Part shown: one piece after another, positions 1-9,571 of the stretch | How the letters are laid out: each line of letters begins with the position of its first letter | How positions within the stretch are numbered: position 1 is the stretch's first letter | Assembly: GCA_964399295.1 (NCBI GenBank) | Contig: CAYNQD010000001.1 | Location: forward strand, 203,944-267,943 | Direction: 5' to 3' | DNA from: an uncultured Candidatus Saccharibacteria bacterium | GTDB lineage: Bacteria; Patescibacteriota; Minisyncoccia; Phycocordibacterales; UBA918 | DNA length: 64,000 nucleotides | Notes under the pieces: model-generated | The model's input: the letters and a program-made list of their open reading frames with translations, nothing else | What the model was told of the DNA's origin: nothing | The model's database searches: none | Made by a program: the position numbers and the translations under genes

Positions 1-2
1 TG

Positions 3-962
3 CGTCGCTGTCGAAATTTTCTCATGGAGCGAGATTTTGTGGAAATTGAAACCCCGCTTTTGACAGAATCTACTCCGGAAGGTTCTCGAGACTTTGTGGT
101 ACCCAGCCGTCATCATCCAGGCAAATTCTACGCTTTGCCGCAGTCACCCCAGCAATACAAGCAGTTGCTAATGAACGCCGGTTTTGAAAGGTATGTACAA
201 ATCGCCCGGGCCATTCGCGACGAAGACTTGCGTGCCGACCGTGGCTACGAACACACGCAGATTGATATTGAAATGTCGTTTATGGATCGGGACAGTGTTA
301 TGAAAATTATTGAAGAAATGATTACTTCAGTAGTGGAGTCACTTGGTCATACCATCAAATTTAAACCTTTCCCAGTCATCTCTTACCAAGAAGCGATGGA
401 AAAATATGGTGCTGATAAGTTTGATTTGCGTACCGAAGAAGAAAAGCAAAATGGCGTTTTAGCTTACGCTTGGGTAGTTGATTTTCCTTTTTTTGAAAAA
501 ACCGATAAAGGAACTTGGACTTTCACCCACAATCCGTTTTCAATGCCTAAAGCCGAGCATCTGGATTCGTTAATGAAAGGAGAAAATATTGGCGATGTTT
601 TAACCACGCAGTATGACTTGGTTTGCAACGGTTTTGAAACTGGAGGCGGTAGTATTCGCGCGCACAAGCCGGAAATTCTCAGAGCTGTTTACAAAGCCAT
701 GGGTAATACCGAAGAAGAAATCCAGGAAAAAATTGGACATATTCTTGAAGCTTTCAAATACGGCACTCCGCCGCACGGAGGCATCGCCTTGGGTGTGGAG
801 CGTAACGTTATGAACTTGACGGGAGAGGAAGCTTTGCGCGAAGTACAGGCTTTTCCTATGACCCGAAAAGGTCAAACGGCAGTGATGAACGCGCCCAAAC
901 CTCTGGAGATAGAACAGTTATTGGAATTAGGGATATCGGTTAAAAAAGAAACGGGTGATTAG
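3..962 (+). CDS. aspS: Aspartyl-tRNA synthetase, C-terminal catalytic part (5′-truncated by window edge)
   Basis: Class II aaRS motifs FVEIETPLL, QSPQQYKQLLM, GGGSIRAH, GTPPHGGIALGVERNVM; the frame is open back to the window start. Confidence 0.85.
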   Translation, partial: RRCRNFLMERDFVEIETPLLTESTPEGSRDFVVPSRHHPGKFYALPQSPQQYKQLLMNAGFERYVQIARAIRDEDLRADRGYEHTQIDIEMSFMDRDSVMKIIEEMITSVVESLGHTIKFKPFPVISYQEAMEKYGADKFDLRTEEEKQNGVLAYAWVVDFPFFEKTDKGTWTFTHNPFSMPKAEHLDSLMKGENIGDVLTTQYDLVCNGFETGGGSIRAHKPEILRAVYKAMGNTEEEIQEKIGHILEAFKYGTPPHGGIALGVERNVMNLTGEEALREVQAFPMTRKGQTAVMNAPKPLEIEQLLELGISVKKETGD

Positions 963-1070
963 GAGCTAAGGTCTTATTTATAAAAATGCCAATTTGAAAT
1001 ATAAATTGGCATTTTTGTTTTTATCTTAATTTTAGCTTTAGATATTACTTGGTGATATAATTACGCGCAT

Positions 1071-2501
1071 ATGTTAAAAATCACAACTTTGTCCAAAGCT
1101 ATAGATGAATTACCAGATAAATATTGCCGTGTGGTTTTGAGTGAAAATTTAGCCACTGCGCACAGATTGGTTGAGACTTCTGGTGGTTTGCTTGAGTATC
1201 GTTTGGGAGCGGGTAAAAAAGATAAAGTCACCGCTCGGTCTTTTCGTACTCTAGTTAGAACCATAATCCAATCAGTCAAAAATCATCAAATTGAAAATCT
1301 GGCGATAGATTTTTCTGACTTAAAATTTCCCAAACTTGAAGCTTTGGGTGAAGCTTGGACGGCCTCCACGTTGATAGAAAATATTTTGCTAAGCGATTAC
1401 GAATTTAAAACTTACAAAACAAAAAAAGACAAAAAGAAAACGCTTAAAGAAGTCGTTATTTGCGGTGTTTTTTCAGATGAGGCGAAAGCGGGCTTTAAAC
1501 GAGGATTGGTGGTGGGAGAATATGTAAATTTATCGCGAGAAATTGCCAATACTCCAGCTTGTGATATGTCGCCAACGCAACTCGGTGAAGTGGCTAAAAA
1601 ACTGGCCGAAGAGGTAAAATTAAACGTAAAAGTCCTGGGTGAAAAAGAATTGAAGAAGCTTAAAATGGGCGCGTTGTTGGCAGTAGGGCAGGGAACCAAG
1701 AGTGAAACCAAGTTGATAATTGCCGAGTACTGGGGAGCGGGCAAACCAGCCGGTAAGACCGTGAGCAAAGATAAGCAACCGATTGTTTTGATTGGGAAGG
1801 GAATTACTTTTGATACCGGCGGATTAAACGTCAAGCCGGTTGGAGCTATGCACGAAATGCATCTGGATATGTCCGGCGGTGCGACTGTGCTGGCGACGAT
1901 TGCTTGTGCGGCCAAACTTGGTATAAAGAAAAATATCGTAGCGCTGGTACCATCTGCAGAAAACGCCATTTCTGACGACTCAATGCGAGCGGGTGACATT
2001 GTGACTTCTATGAGCGGCAAAACCATCGAGGTTCTCCACACGGACGCGGAAGGACGCTTGGTCTTGGCGGACGCTTTGACTTACTGTGAGAGATATGAGC
2101 CAAAAGTGATTTTGGACGTGGCGACCTTGACCGGAGCTGCGTTGGCAGCCTTGGGACAACACGCCAGCGCTATCATGACCAAGGACGAAACTTTGTCTAA
2201 AGAGCTGGGTGAACTGGGGGAGGTGAGTGGAGACTTGGTTTGGCCTTTACCGCTTTGGGAAGAATACAAACAAAGCCTCAAGAGCCATCGGGCTGATCTC
2301 AGTAATATCGCCACTAATTTCTCTCGTTTTGGTGGTACGATTGAAGGTGGTACTTTTCTGTCGTTCTTTGTGCCCAAAAATGTACCTTGGGTTCATATTG
2401 ATATTGCACCCCGCATGGACAGTGTGGCAAACGACAAATTGGCCAAAGGTTCAACCGGCGAACCGGTGCGACTTCTGGTGTCGTTTTTGGAAAAGCACTA
2501 A
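1071..2501 (+). CDS. pepA: Leucyl aminopeptidase (M17 family)
   Basis: NTPACDMSP, GKGITFDTGGLNVKP, MHEMHLDMSGGA, HTDAEGRLVLADALTY signature blocks. Confidence 0.85.
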   Translation: MLKITTLSKAIDELPDKYCRVVLSENLATAHRLVETSGGLLEYRLGAGKKDKVTARSFRTLVRTIIQSVKNHQIENLAIDFSDLKFPKLEALGEAWTASTLIENILLSDYEFKTYKTKKDKKKTLKEVVICGVFSDEAKAGFKRGLVVGEYVNLSREIANTPACDMSPTQLGEVAKKLAEEVKLNVKVLGEKELKKLKMGALLAVGQGTKSETKLIIAEYWGAGKPAGKTVSKDKQPIVLIGKGITFDTGGLNVKPVGAMHEMHLDMSGGATVLATIACAAKLGIKKNIVALVPSAENAISDDSMRAGDIVTSMSGKTIEVLHTDAEGRLVLADALTYCERYEPKVILDVATLTGAALAALGQHASAIMTKDETLSKELGELGEVSGDLVWPLPLWEEYKQSLKSHRADLSNIATNFSRFGGTIEGGTFLSFFVPKNVPWVHIDIAPRMDSVANDKLAKGSTGEPVRLLVSFLEKH

Positions 2502-2547
2502 TAAAAATCATAAAATTATTTAGACCTATGCTATTATTATTTGTAAT

Positions 2548-3288
2548 ATGCAGCCTTTGTCTCTATCAAATTTTTCCATAAAAACTGAGGTGTTTGAAGG
2601 GCCTTTGGAACTGCTTTTGGAATTGGTGGAATGCCGAAAATTGCTCATAAATGACATCTCACTAGCGGCGGTAACAGATGAATACATGAGACAGGTCAGT
2701 GAGATGCAAGAAATTTCACTCCCCAACACCTCCCAGTTTATTGCTCTGGCTGCCACTTTACTTTTAGTAAAATCAAAATCACTTTTGCCAATATTAGAAT
2801 TGACGGAGGAAGAAGAATCTTCAATTGAAGATTTGGAGGAACGGCTAAAAAAATACCAAATTGTTCGTGATGCTTCTTTGGTTTTGCGCGAAATGTTTGG
2901 TAAAAAAAAGTTATACTCTCCAAGATTTACTGCGCCCATCACTCCGCTTTTTAAACCAGACGATTATTGCCACCTCGCTTCTTTGCGCTCGGCTATGTCT
3001 GATGTTGTCAGTGGTTTGCCCAAAAAAGAAAATCCAGCCAAAGCACAAATTAAAGTTGTCATCAGCCTTGAACAAATGATGCAAAAGCTGGAAGCGAGGA
3101 TAAAAAATGGCTCATATTTAAAATTTTCAGAAATTAGAGAGCGTGATCCAGAAAGAAAAATGGTAATAGTCAGTTTTTTGGCGGTTTTGGAATTATTTAA
3201 ACAGGGTAATTTGATCGTGACGCAAGTACAGAGATTTGCGGATATTCAGATTGAGTTAGACCAAAGCCAAACCCCGACTTATTACTAA
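2548..3288 (+). CDS. scpA: Segregation and condensation protein A
   Basis: N-terminal FEGPLELLLELVE kleisin motif; immediately followed by scpB. Confidence 0.8.
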   Translation: MQPLSLSNFSIKTEVFEGPLELLLELVECRKLLINDISLAAVTDEYMRQVSEMQEISLPNTSQFIALAATLLLVKSKSLLPILELTEEEESSIEDLEERLKKYQIVRDASLVLREMFGKKKLYSPRFTAPITPLFKPDDYCHLASLRSAMSDVVSGLPKKENPAKAQIKVVISLEQMMQKLEARIKNGSYLKFSEIRERDPERKMVIVSFLAVLELFKQGNLIVTQVQRFADIQIELDQSQTPTYY

Positions 3289-3318
3289 CTTATTTTTCTC
3301 TTATGCTATAATCTCCTT

Positions 3319-3864
3319 ATGCCAATTGATATTCTAATCGAGGGTTTTTTATTTTATAAATCCGCGCCGCAAAAAAAACAGGCCATAATTAAAATCTTTG
3401 ACATCACGATTGAAGAATTTTCGGCGGCTATGATAGTTCTCAAGGAGCGTCTGCAAATGGGAGCTACCAGAATTATAGAGACCGAAGAAGATGTACAATT
3501 GGTTATTTGTGTGGAAATGGCGCCAATTATTGAAGTGATGCGAAAGAAGGAACTGAAAAGCGATATCGGCAAAGCCGGAGCCGAAACCTTAGCCATCATT
3601 CTTTATCAGGGGCCGGTTTCCCGGGCTGATATAGACCGAATTCGGGGAGTAAATTCCTCTTTTATTTTAAGAAATCTTTTGATTCGTGGTTTGGTGGAAA
3701 AAAACAACGACAAAGCTTCAAAGCAAGCAAAGTTTATTGTCACTCCGGCTTTGCTGGCTGAGCTGGGAATAACCCACAAACACGAATTGCCGGACTTTGC
3801 CAGAATAACCGATGCTTTGGAGAAATTTGAGGCTGATTTTGTTAAAGAAACATCCTATGAATGA
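3319..3864 (+). CDS. scpB: Segregation and condensation protein B
   Basis: GPVSRADIDRIRGV winged-helix block typical of ScpB; adjacent to scpA. Confidence 0.75.
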   Translation: MPIDILIEGFLFYKSAPQKKQAIIKIFDITIEEFSAAMIVLKERLQMGATRIIETEEDVQLVICVEMAPIIEVMRKKELKSDIGKAGAETLAIILYQGPVSRADIDRIRGVNSSFILRNLLIRGLVEKNNDKASKQAKFIVTPALLAELGITHKHELPDFARITDALEKFEADFVKETSYE

Positions 3865-4873
3865 AGATGACCGTTTTTTGATTGAAATAAAAGAAAAAGT
3901 GACCGCTAAAACCGTTCCTCGTTTTCCGGTGGTGGTACAGCTTTTGTTGTTGTTTATAATTTTGGGGAGCTTGTTCGCGGGTTTGATTATTCCCAAGACA
4001 ATGGCCTTGTTTGGCGGGGAAGACTTGACTACAGTTGACCAAACAGCGATTTTGACCGAATCCACCACCTCGGCCACGGCTTTACAAAAAATTGACACCG
4101 TGCCGATTAGAGCTAGAGCCGCTTATGTTTGGGATATAAAAGAGCAACGGGTTTTGTATCAAAAAAACGCTGATGAAGTCTTGCCTCTGGCTTCTATCAC
4201 CAAGCTAATGACTGCTTTGTTGGCTTATGAGCTGGTGGAAGATAATGCTTTGGTCACCATAGACGAATTAGCTGCCGGTCAGGAAAGTGGTGGAAATTTT
4301 AGAATCGGGGAAGTTTTTAATATTAGAGATTTAGCCGATTTTGCCTTGGTTTCCTCCTACAATAGCGCCGCTTACGCCATCGCCAATTCAGTCGGAGGGC
4401 TTTTGGGCGAGGAAGACTCCATTGCTCAGTTTGTCACCGCTATGAATCTGCGGGCTGAAGAATTAAAATTAAATGATACAAAATTCTCCAACTCAACAGG
4501 CTTGGATATTTCCACCAACAAAGCCGGTGCTTACGGCACGGCTAGAGACGTTTCTTTTTTAATGGAGTATATACTGACCAAGCATCCCACCATTCTTTAT
4601 CCTACCGTGATTGACTCCACTCGTTTGTACAATCAATCAGGAGAACATCATGATGCTAGAAATACAAATAATATGGTCAAAGATATTCCCAATTTGATTG
4701 GCTCAAAGACTGGCTATACTGATTTGGCGGGTGGAAATTTGACCGTGGCGCTAAATATTGGCTTTGATCGGCCGGTTATAATTACCGTACTCGGTTCGAC
4801 CATGAGTGAACGTTTTTCCGATGTCGATAAATTAATCGAGGCGGTACAAGCAGTGGCTGTTAATCGTGAATAA
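3812..4873 (+). CDS. D-alanyl-D-alanine carboxypeptidase (serine-type, PBP5-like). The true start is probably near 3857
   Basis: SxxK (SITK), SxN (SYNS) and KTG (KTGYT) active-site triad; N-terminal TM segment. Confidence 0.75.
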   Translation: MLWRNLRLILLKKHPMNEDDRFLIEIKEKVTAKTVPRFPVVVQLLLLFIILGSLFAGLIIPKTMALFGGEDLTTVDQTAILTESTTSATALQKIDTVPIRARAAYVWDIKEQRVLYQKNADEVLPLASITKLMTALLAYELVEDNALVTIDELAAGQESGGNFRIGEVFNIRDLADFALVSSYNSAAYAIANSVGGLLGEEDSIAQFVTAMNLRAEELKLNDTKFSNSTGLDISTNKAGAYGTARDVSFLMEYILTKHPTILYPTVIDSTRLYNQSGEHHDARNTNNMVKDIPNLIGSKTGYTDLAGGNLTVALNIGFDRPVIITVLGSTMSERFSDVDKLIEAVQAVAVNRE

Positions 4874-4878
4874 TAACT

Positions 4879-5940
4879 ATGGAAGTTTCTATCATTAAAA
4901 TTCTATTGCCGGCGGTGATTTCTTTTATTATAGGAATTTTAATTACTCCAGGTATCACTCATTATTTGTATAAGTACAAGGCTTGGAAAAAACAAGGCGG
5001 CAAAACAGCCATGGGCGGACATGAGGCGGTGGAGTTTAATCGCCTAAAAGGCGAACATGAAACAAAAACCCCACGCATGGGCGGAATCGTGATTTGGGGC
5101 AGTGTTTTTTTAACTATCGGACTACTTTTTATTTTAAGCCTAATAAGTGACCATTATTTTTTCTCAGAGTTATTCTTCCTTAGTCGCTCACAAACCTGGA
5201 TACCTTTCACGGTCTTGTTTATCGGCGCGGCGATTGGTTTTTTGAATGATTTTTACGATATTCAACACGGCGGCACCGGAGTACGTCTGTCAATCAGGCT
5301 GGCTTTGATTAGTGTTTTGGCGGCTTTTATCGGCTGGTGGTTTTATTCCAAACTTGGAGTTTCCAGCATCAATATTCCTTTTTCTGATCCTTTGGAACTG
5401 GGTATTTTGTTGATACCTTTTTTCATATTATTGACCAACGCGCTTTACGCCAGTGGAGTAATAGACGGTATCGACGGCTTATCCGGCGGCGTGTTTGCTC
5501 TCGTCTTTTTTGCTTATTCCGGAGTGGCGATTGTTCAGTCTCAGTATGATTTAGCGGCTTTTTGCGCCATGGTTGCGGGATCAATCTTGGCTTTCCTTTG
5601 GTTTAATATACCACCAGCCAGATTTTGGATGACAGAAACCGGCTCCATGGCGCTCACTCTCACTCTAGCAGTGGTAGTTTTGATGACCGATAAATTGGTG
5701 GACGGATATGGCATTTCTCTTTTTCCGATTATTGGATTTTTGTTGGTGGTGACAGTTGCTTCCAATATAATCCAAATTACATACCGTAAATTTACCGGCC
5801 AAAAGTTTTTTAGAATCGCTCCTTTGCACCACCATTTTGAAGCCATCGGCTGGCCATCTTACAAAGTAGTGATGCGATATTGGATTATTGGCATGATTTG
5901 CGCCGTGCTGGGTGTTATCCTAGTAACATTGCTGAAGTAG
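4879..5940 (+). CDS. mraY: Phospho-N-acetylmuramoyl-pentapeptide transferase
   Basis: Multi-TM protein with PRMGGIVIW and DGIDGLSGG motifs; dcw context. Confidence 0.85.
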   Translation: MEVSIIKILLPAVISFIIGILITPGITHYLYKYKAWKKQGGKTAMGGHEAVEFNRLKGEHETKTPRMGGIVIWGSVFLTIGLLFILSLISDHYFFSELFFLSRSQTWIPFTVLFIGAAIGFLNDFYDIQHGGTGVRLSIRLALISVLAAFIGWWFYSKLGVSSINIPFSDPLELGILLIPFFILLTNALYASGVIDGIDGLSGGVFALVFFAYSGVAIVQSQYDLAAFCAMVAGSILAFLWFNIPPARFWMTETGSMALTLTLAVVVLMTDKLVDGYGISLFPIIGFLLVVTVASNIIQITYRKFTGQKFFRIAPLHHHFEAIGWPSYKVVMRYWIIGMICAVLGVILVTLLK

Positions 5941-5957
5941 TAAGTTATTTTTGTAAA

Positions 5958-7076
5958 ATGAAAAATTCCTCCCCTAAATCTGTTGATTCTATTCTACTTA
6001 TCCTGATAGGAATTTTGGTGATTTTCGGTTTTTTTATTTTTTCTTCGGCCTCTTTAGGGCTTTTGGCTCGCGATGGAGCTAGTTTTGGTTCGGTGGCTTT
6101 TAGTCAATTCTTTTTCGGGATATTGGGCGGGGGAGTGGCGATGCTTATTACTAGTCATATCTACTACCGTCACTGGCGAAAATACGCTTTTTATTTTTTC
6201 CTATTTACGCTTCTTCTTACCTTAGCGGTTTTTATTCCTGGGTTGGGAATGTCTCACGGGGGAGCGACTCGTTGGCTTGATTTGGGGTTTACCACGGTTC
6301 AACCTTCGGAATTTTTGAAAATCGGTTTTGTTATTTACGTGGCGACTTTACTATCCGGTATCCATAAACAAATTGACACCTGGCGGTATGGGGTTTTGCC
6401 CTTTGTGTCGGTACTGGGACTGGTGGGCGTGATTGTTTTGTCTTTGCCTGATACCGATACGTTTTTCCTAATGGCTTTAGCTGGTATGGCGATGTTTTTG
6501 ACCGCCGGCGCTAAATGGAAACATATCGCTCTTATGGCTTTAGCCGGATTGACGATGGTTGTCATTGTGGTGTCAATGCGCCCATATTTGCTAGATAGGA
6601 TTACGGTTTTTATGAATCCGGATAGCGATCCTTTGGGTAGCGGATATCAAATACAGCAATCTTTAATTGCTATTGGTTCTGGCGGCTTGGTGGGGCGTGG
6701 TTATGGGCAAAGTATACAAAAATTTGAATACCTGCCGGAGCCAATCGGAGACTCAATTTTTGCCGTGTACGCGGAAGAGTTTGGGTTTATTGGTTCGATT
6801 ATTTTAATCATGATTTTAGCTTTCTTTACTTTCCGTGGTTTCAAAATAGCCACTGAAACCAATGATTTATTTGGTATGTTGTTGGTGGTGGGATTTATGA
6901 CTTTGATTGTTAGTCAGGCTTTTTTAAACATCGCCGCCATGACCGGATTGTTTCCTTTGGCTGGTCTGCCTTTACCTTTGATTAGCCACGGCGGTACCGC
7001 GCTTTTTGTGACCCTGGCGGTATTGGGAATTGTCTTAAATGTGTCGAAATATCGAAATCACGACAGGCGAGTATGA
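5958..7076 (+). CDS. ftsW: SEDS-family peptidoglycan glycosyltransferase FtsW/RodA. The ORF track extends to 5880; ATG 5958 is the likely start
   Basis: SEDS signature GSGGLVGRGYGQSIQKFEYLPEPIGDSIFAV; lies between mraY and murG. Confidence 0.8.
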   Translation: MKNSSPKSVDSILLILIGILVIFGFFIFSSASLGLLARDGASFGSVAFSQFFFGILGGGVAMLITSHIYYRHWRKYAFYFFLFTLLLTLAVFIPGLGMSHGGATRWLDLGFTTVQPSEFLKIGFVIYVATLLSGIHKQIDTWRYGVLPFVSVLGLVGVIVLSLPDTDTFFLMALAGMAMFLTAGAKWKHIALMALAGLTMVVIVVSMRPYLLDRITVFMNPDSDPLGSGYQIQQSLIAIGSGGLVGRGYGQSIQKFEYLPEPIGDSIFAVYAEEFGFIGSIILIMILAFFTFRGFKIATETNDLFGMLLVVGFMTLIVSQAFLNIAAMTGLFPLAGLPLPLISHGGTALFVTLAVLGIVLNVSKYRNHDRRV

Positions 7077-7093
7077 TAAAATAATGGTTATAT

Positions 7094-8218
7094 ATGAGAA
7101 TTATGTTTGTTGGTGGGGGAACGGGCGGACATTTTAATCCGCTAATGGCCGTGGCCGAAGTAATCAGGCAAAATCACCAAGACCTTGAATTGTATTACAT
7201 CGGCCCTGATCCTTATGAGCAAGAATCTCTTGCCGGGTTAAACATAAAATACATTTGGTGTCCGGCTGGAAAGATAAGCTTGTACTTTTCTATTGGTAAT
7301 ATACTTAATCCGTTTAGATTATTCTTCGGTATTTTTGTTGCTATTTGGAAACTATTTTTAATTTACCCGGATGTTATTTTTAGCAAAGGTAGCTTTACAA
7401 GCGTGCCGGTGCTACTGGCAGCGCGGTTTTTGCGAATACCGGTGGTTATTCATGAGTCCGATGCCGTGCCCGGTCGAGCCAACAAACTGGCCAAAAAATT
7501 TGCTCGTTATATTGCTATTTCTTATCCGGAGGCAGGGCAGTTTTTTCCAAAGGAAAAAACTGCCCTGGTCGGCATTCCTATTCGTTCAGCGATAAAAAAT
7601 AATTCGACTGATCCCTTTGCGGTTTTAGGTATTCCCAATGATATACCACTAATCTATGTCACCGGCGGTTCGCTCGGGGCTGAGAGAATAAATAACGTTA
7701 TTTTGAGAGTTTTGGACGAGCTTCTTCCCAGGTATCGTGTTTTTCACCAAACCGGCGCCAAAAATCAAAATGAGTTATTCCTGACTGCTCAGACACTTAT
7801 CACTGATCCGGTTTTAAAAAGTCGCTATTATACAGCCGGTCACGTATCGGCTGATGTGGTTAGCGCGCTTTTGAGTGCCGCTTCCTTGGTCATTACCAGA
7901 GCCGGAAGTACTACTTTGTATGAGATTGCTTTGCATGGAAAACCAAGTATTGTTATTCCTATTCCTGAAGATATTAGTCGAGACCAAAGGAGCAATGCTT
8001 ATTCCTACGCTCGTTCTGGCGCGGCTTCTGTCATAGAGGAACACAACATCACCGAAACCTTGCTAATTAACGAAATAAACCTTATCATGGGCGACAAAGA
8101 CCATTGGCAGAAAATGAGTCTGGCCACGGCCGGCTTCGCTATACCCGACGCGGCCGAAAAAATCGCTGATGTTTTGATTAAAATCGGCGTCGAGCATCAA
8201 ATTTTTAAATTTAGATAA
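7094..8218 (+). CDS. murG: Undecaprenyl-PP-MurNAc-pentapeptide UDP-GlcNAc transferase
   Basis: N-terminal GGGTGGHFNPLMAVAE glycine loop; GT28 fold; dcw context. Confidence 0.85.
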   Translation: MRIMFVGGGTGGHFNPLMAVAEVIRQNHQDLELYYIGPDPYEQESLAGLNIKYIWCPAGKISLYFSIGNILNPFRLFFGIFVAIWKLFLIYPDVIFSKGSFTSVPVLLAARFLRIPVVIHESDAVPGRANKLAKKFARYIAISYPEAGQFFPKEKTALVGIPIRSAIKNNSTDPFAVLGIPNDIPLIYVTGGSLGAERINNVILRVLDELLPRYRVFHQTGAKNQNELFLTAQTLITDPVLKSRYYTAGHVSADVVSALLSAASLVITRAGSTTLYEIALHGKPSIVIPIPEDISRDQRSNAYSYARSGAASVIEEHNITETLLINEINLIMGDKDHWQKMSLATAGFAIPDAAEKIADVLIKIGVEHQIFKFR

Positions 8219-8227
8219 AAATTCCAA

Positions 8228-9571
8228 ATGATTGTAACAAGAATTCCACCCAGTCCAACTGGTCATTTGCATATCGGTACCGCCAGAACCGCACTTTTTA
8301 ATTATCTGTTGGCAAAAAACACCGGCGGCAAAGTTCTTTTTAGAAGCGAAGATACCGATAAGGCCAGAAGTACCAAGGAATTTGAAGATGAAATCGTGAA
8401 AGGACTGAGCTGGCTTGGTATTGATTGGGATAATTCCGATAATATCGTGCGTCAATCAGAACGAGCGGATATCTACAAAACCTACCTTTTAAAATTGATA
8501 GAGAATGGCAGAGCATATATTTCCAGAGAGGAAAGCAAAGTCGATCCTAAAAAAATGGTTGAGGTGGTAAGGTTGCGTAATCCAAATAGAAAAATAACTT
8601 TCAATGATAAAGTGCGTGGGGATATTACTTTCGACACCACGGAGCTTGGTGATATTGTAATCGCGCGCAGTGTGGATGACGCTCTTTATCATTTTACTGT
8701 GGTGGTTGACGATTATTTGATGGGTGTTAATTACGTCATGAGGGGAGATGACCACATTTCAAATACTCCTCGTCAAATTTTAATTCAGGAAGCTCTGGAG
8801 ATAGAAAGACCCATCTACGCTCATTTGCCTTTAATATTAGCTCCTGATCGTTCCAAAATGTCCAAAAGGCACGGCTCTGTCGCTTTGAATGATTATCGCG
8901 ATATGGGGTACGTCAAAGAGGCGATTTTGAACTTCATCGCTTTTATGGGTTGGAATCCGGGCACGGATAAGGAATTATTTTCCCTGTCGGAATTGATTGA
9001 CAGTTTTTCCGTGGAGCACATACAAAAGGGTGGGGCAGTCTTTGATATTAAAAAATTCAACTGGTACAACCGAGAATACATCAAAAGATATTCCGATGAT
9101 GATTTTAAAAACTATTTGGCTTTGGAAACTGTTGATTTGCCGGATTATTTTAAACTTGGCAGTGATGACCAGCTCAAAAAAATCATTCCCCTGATAAGAG
9201 AACGAGTCCACACCAGACAAGAAGCTATAGAGGAAATAAAAGCCGGTGAATATGATTTTGTTTTTATGACTCCGGATTACGATGTCAGTCTTCTAAAGTG
9301 GAAAAATGACCTTGATGTGTCTTTTGCTAGACCGCGATTGCTCAAGGCGATAGATTTACTTGAAAAAGCTGATTTTTCCGCGCCGGAAAAAATAAAAGCG
9401 GCTCTTTGGTCTTACGCGGAGGAAGTGGGAAGGGGGGAGTTGTTGTGGCCGCTGCGGATTGCTTTGTCGGGCAAAGAAAAATCTCCCGACCCGTTTATGA
9501 TTGCGTTTATGATTGGTAGTGAAGAAACTATTAACAGAATCAGGCTGGCTTGTGGTAAAATAGGGGAGTGA
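8228..9571 (+). CDS. gltX: Glutamyl-tRNA synthetase
   Basis: Class I HIGH (PTGHLHIG) and KMSKS (KMSKRHG) motifs; GluRS-like architecture. Confidence 0.85.
   Translation: MIVTRIPPSPTGHLHIGTARTALFNYLLAKNTGGKVLFRSEDTDKARSTKEFEDEIVKGLSWLGIDWDNSDNIVRQSERADIYKTYLLKLIENGRAYISREESKVDPKKMVEVVRLRNPNRKITFNDKVRGDITFDTTELGDIVIARSVDDALYHFTVVVDDYLMGVNYVMRGDDHISNTPRQILIQEALEIERPIYAHLPLILAPDRSKMSKRHGSVALNDYRDMGYVKEAILNFIAFMGWNPGTDKELFSLSELIDSFSVEHIQKGGAVFDIKKFNWYNREYIKRYSDDDFKNYLALETVDLPDYFKLGSDDQLKKIIPLIRERVHTRQEAIEEIKAGEYDFVFMTPDYDVSLLKWKNDLDVSFARPRLLKAIDLLEKADFSAPEKIKAALWSYAEEVGRGELLWPLRIALSGKEKSPDPFMIAFMIGSEETINRIRLACGKIGE

Noticed and set aside
1412-2511. Several antisense or out-of-frame ORFs inside pepA (1412–2041, 2081–2377, 2227–2523, 2314–2511) and similar shadow ORFs inside most other genes
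   Set aside because: They fully overlap strongly supported coding regions on the opposite strand or frame and have low-complexity translations. These are typical shadow ORFs.
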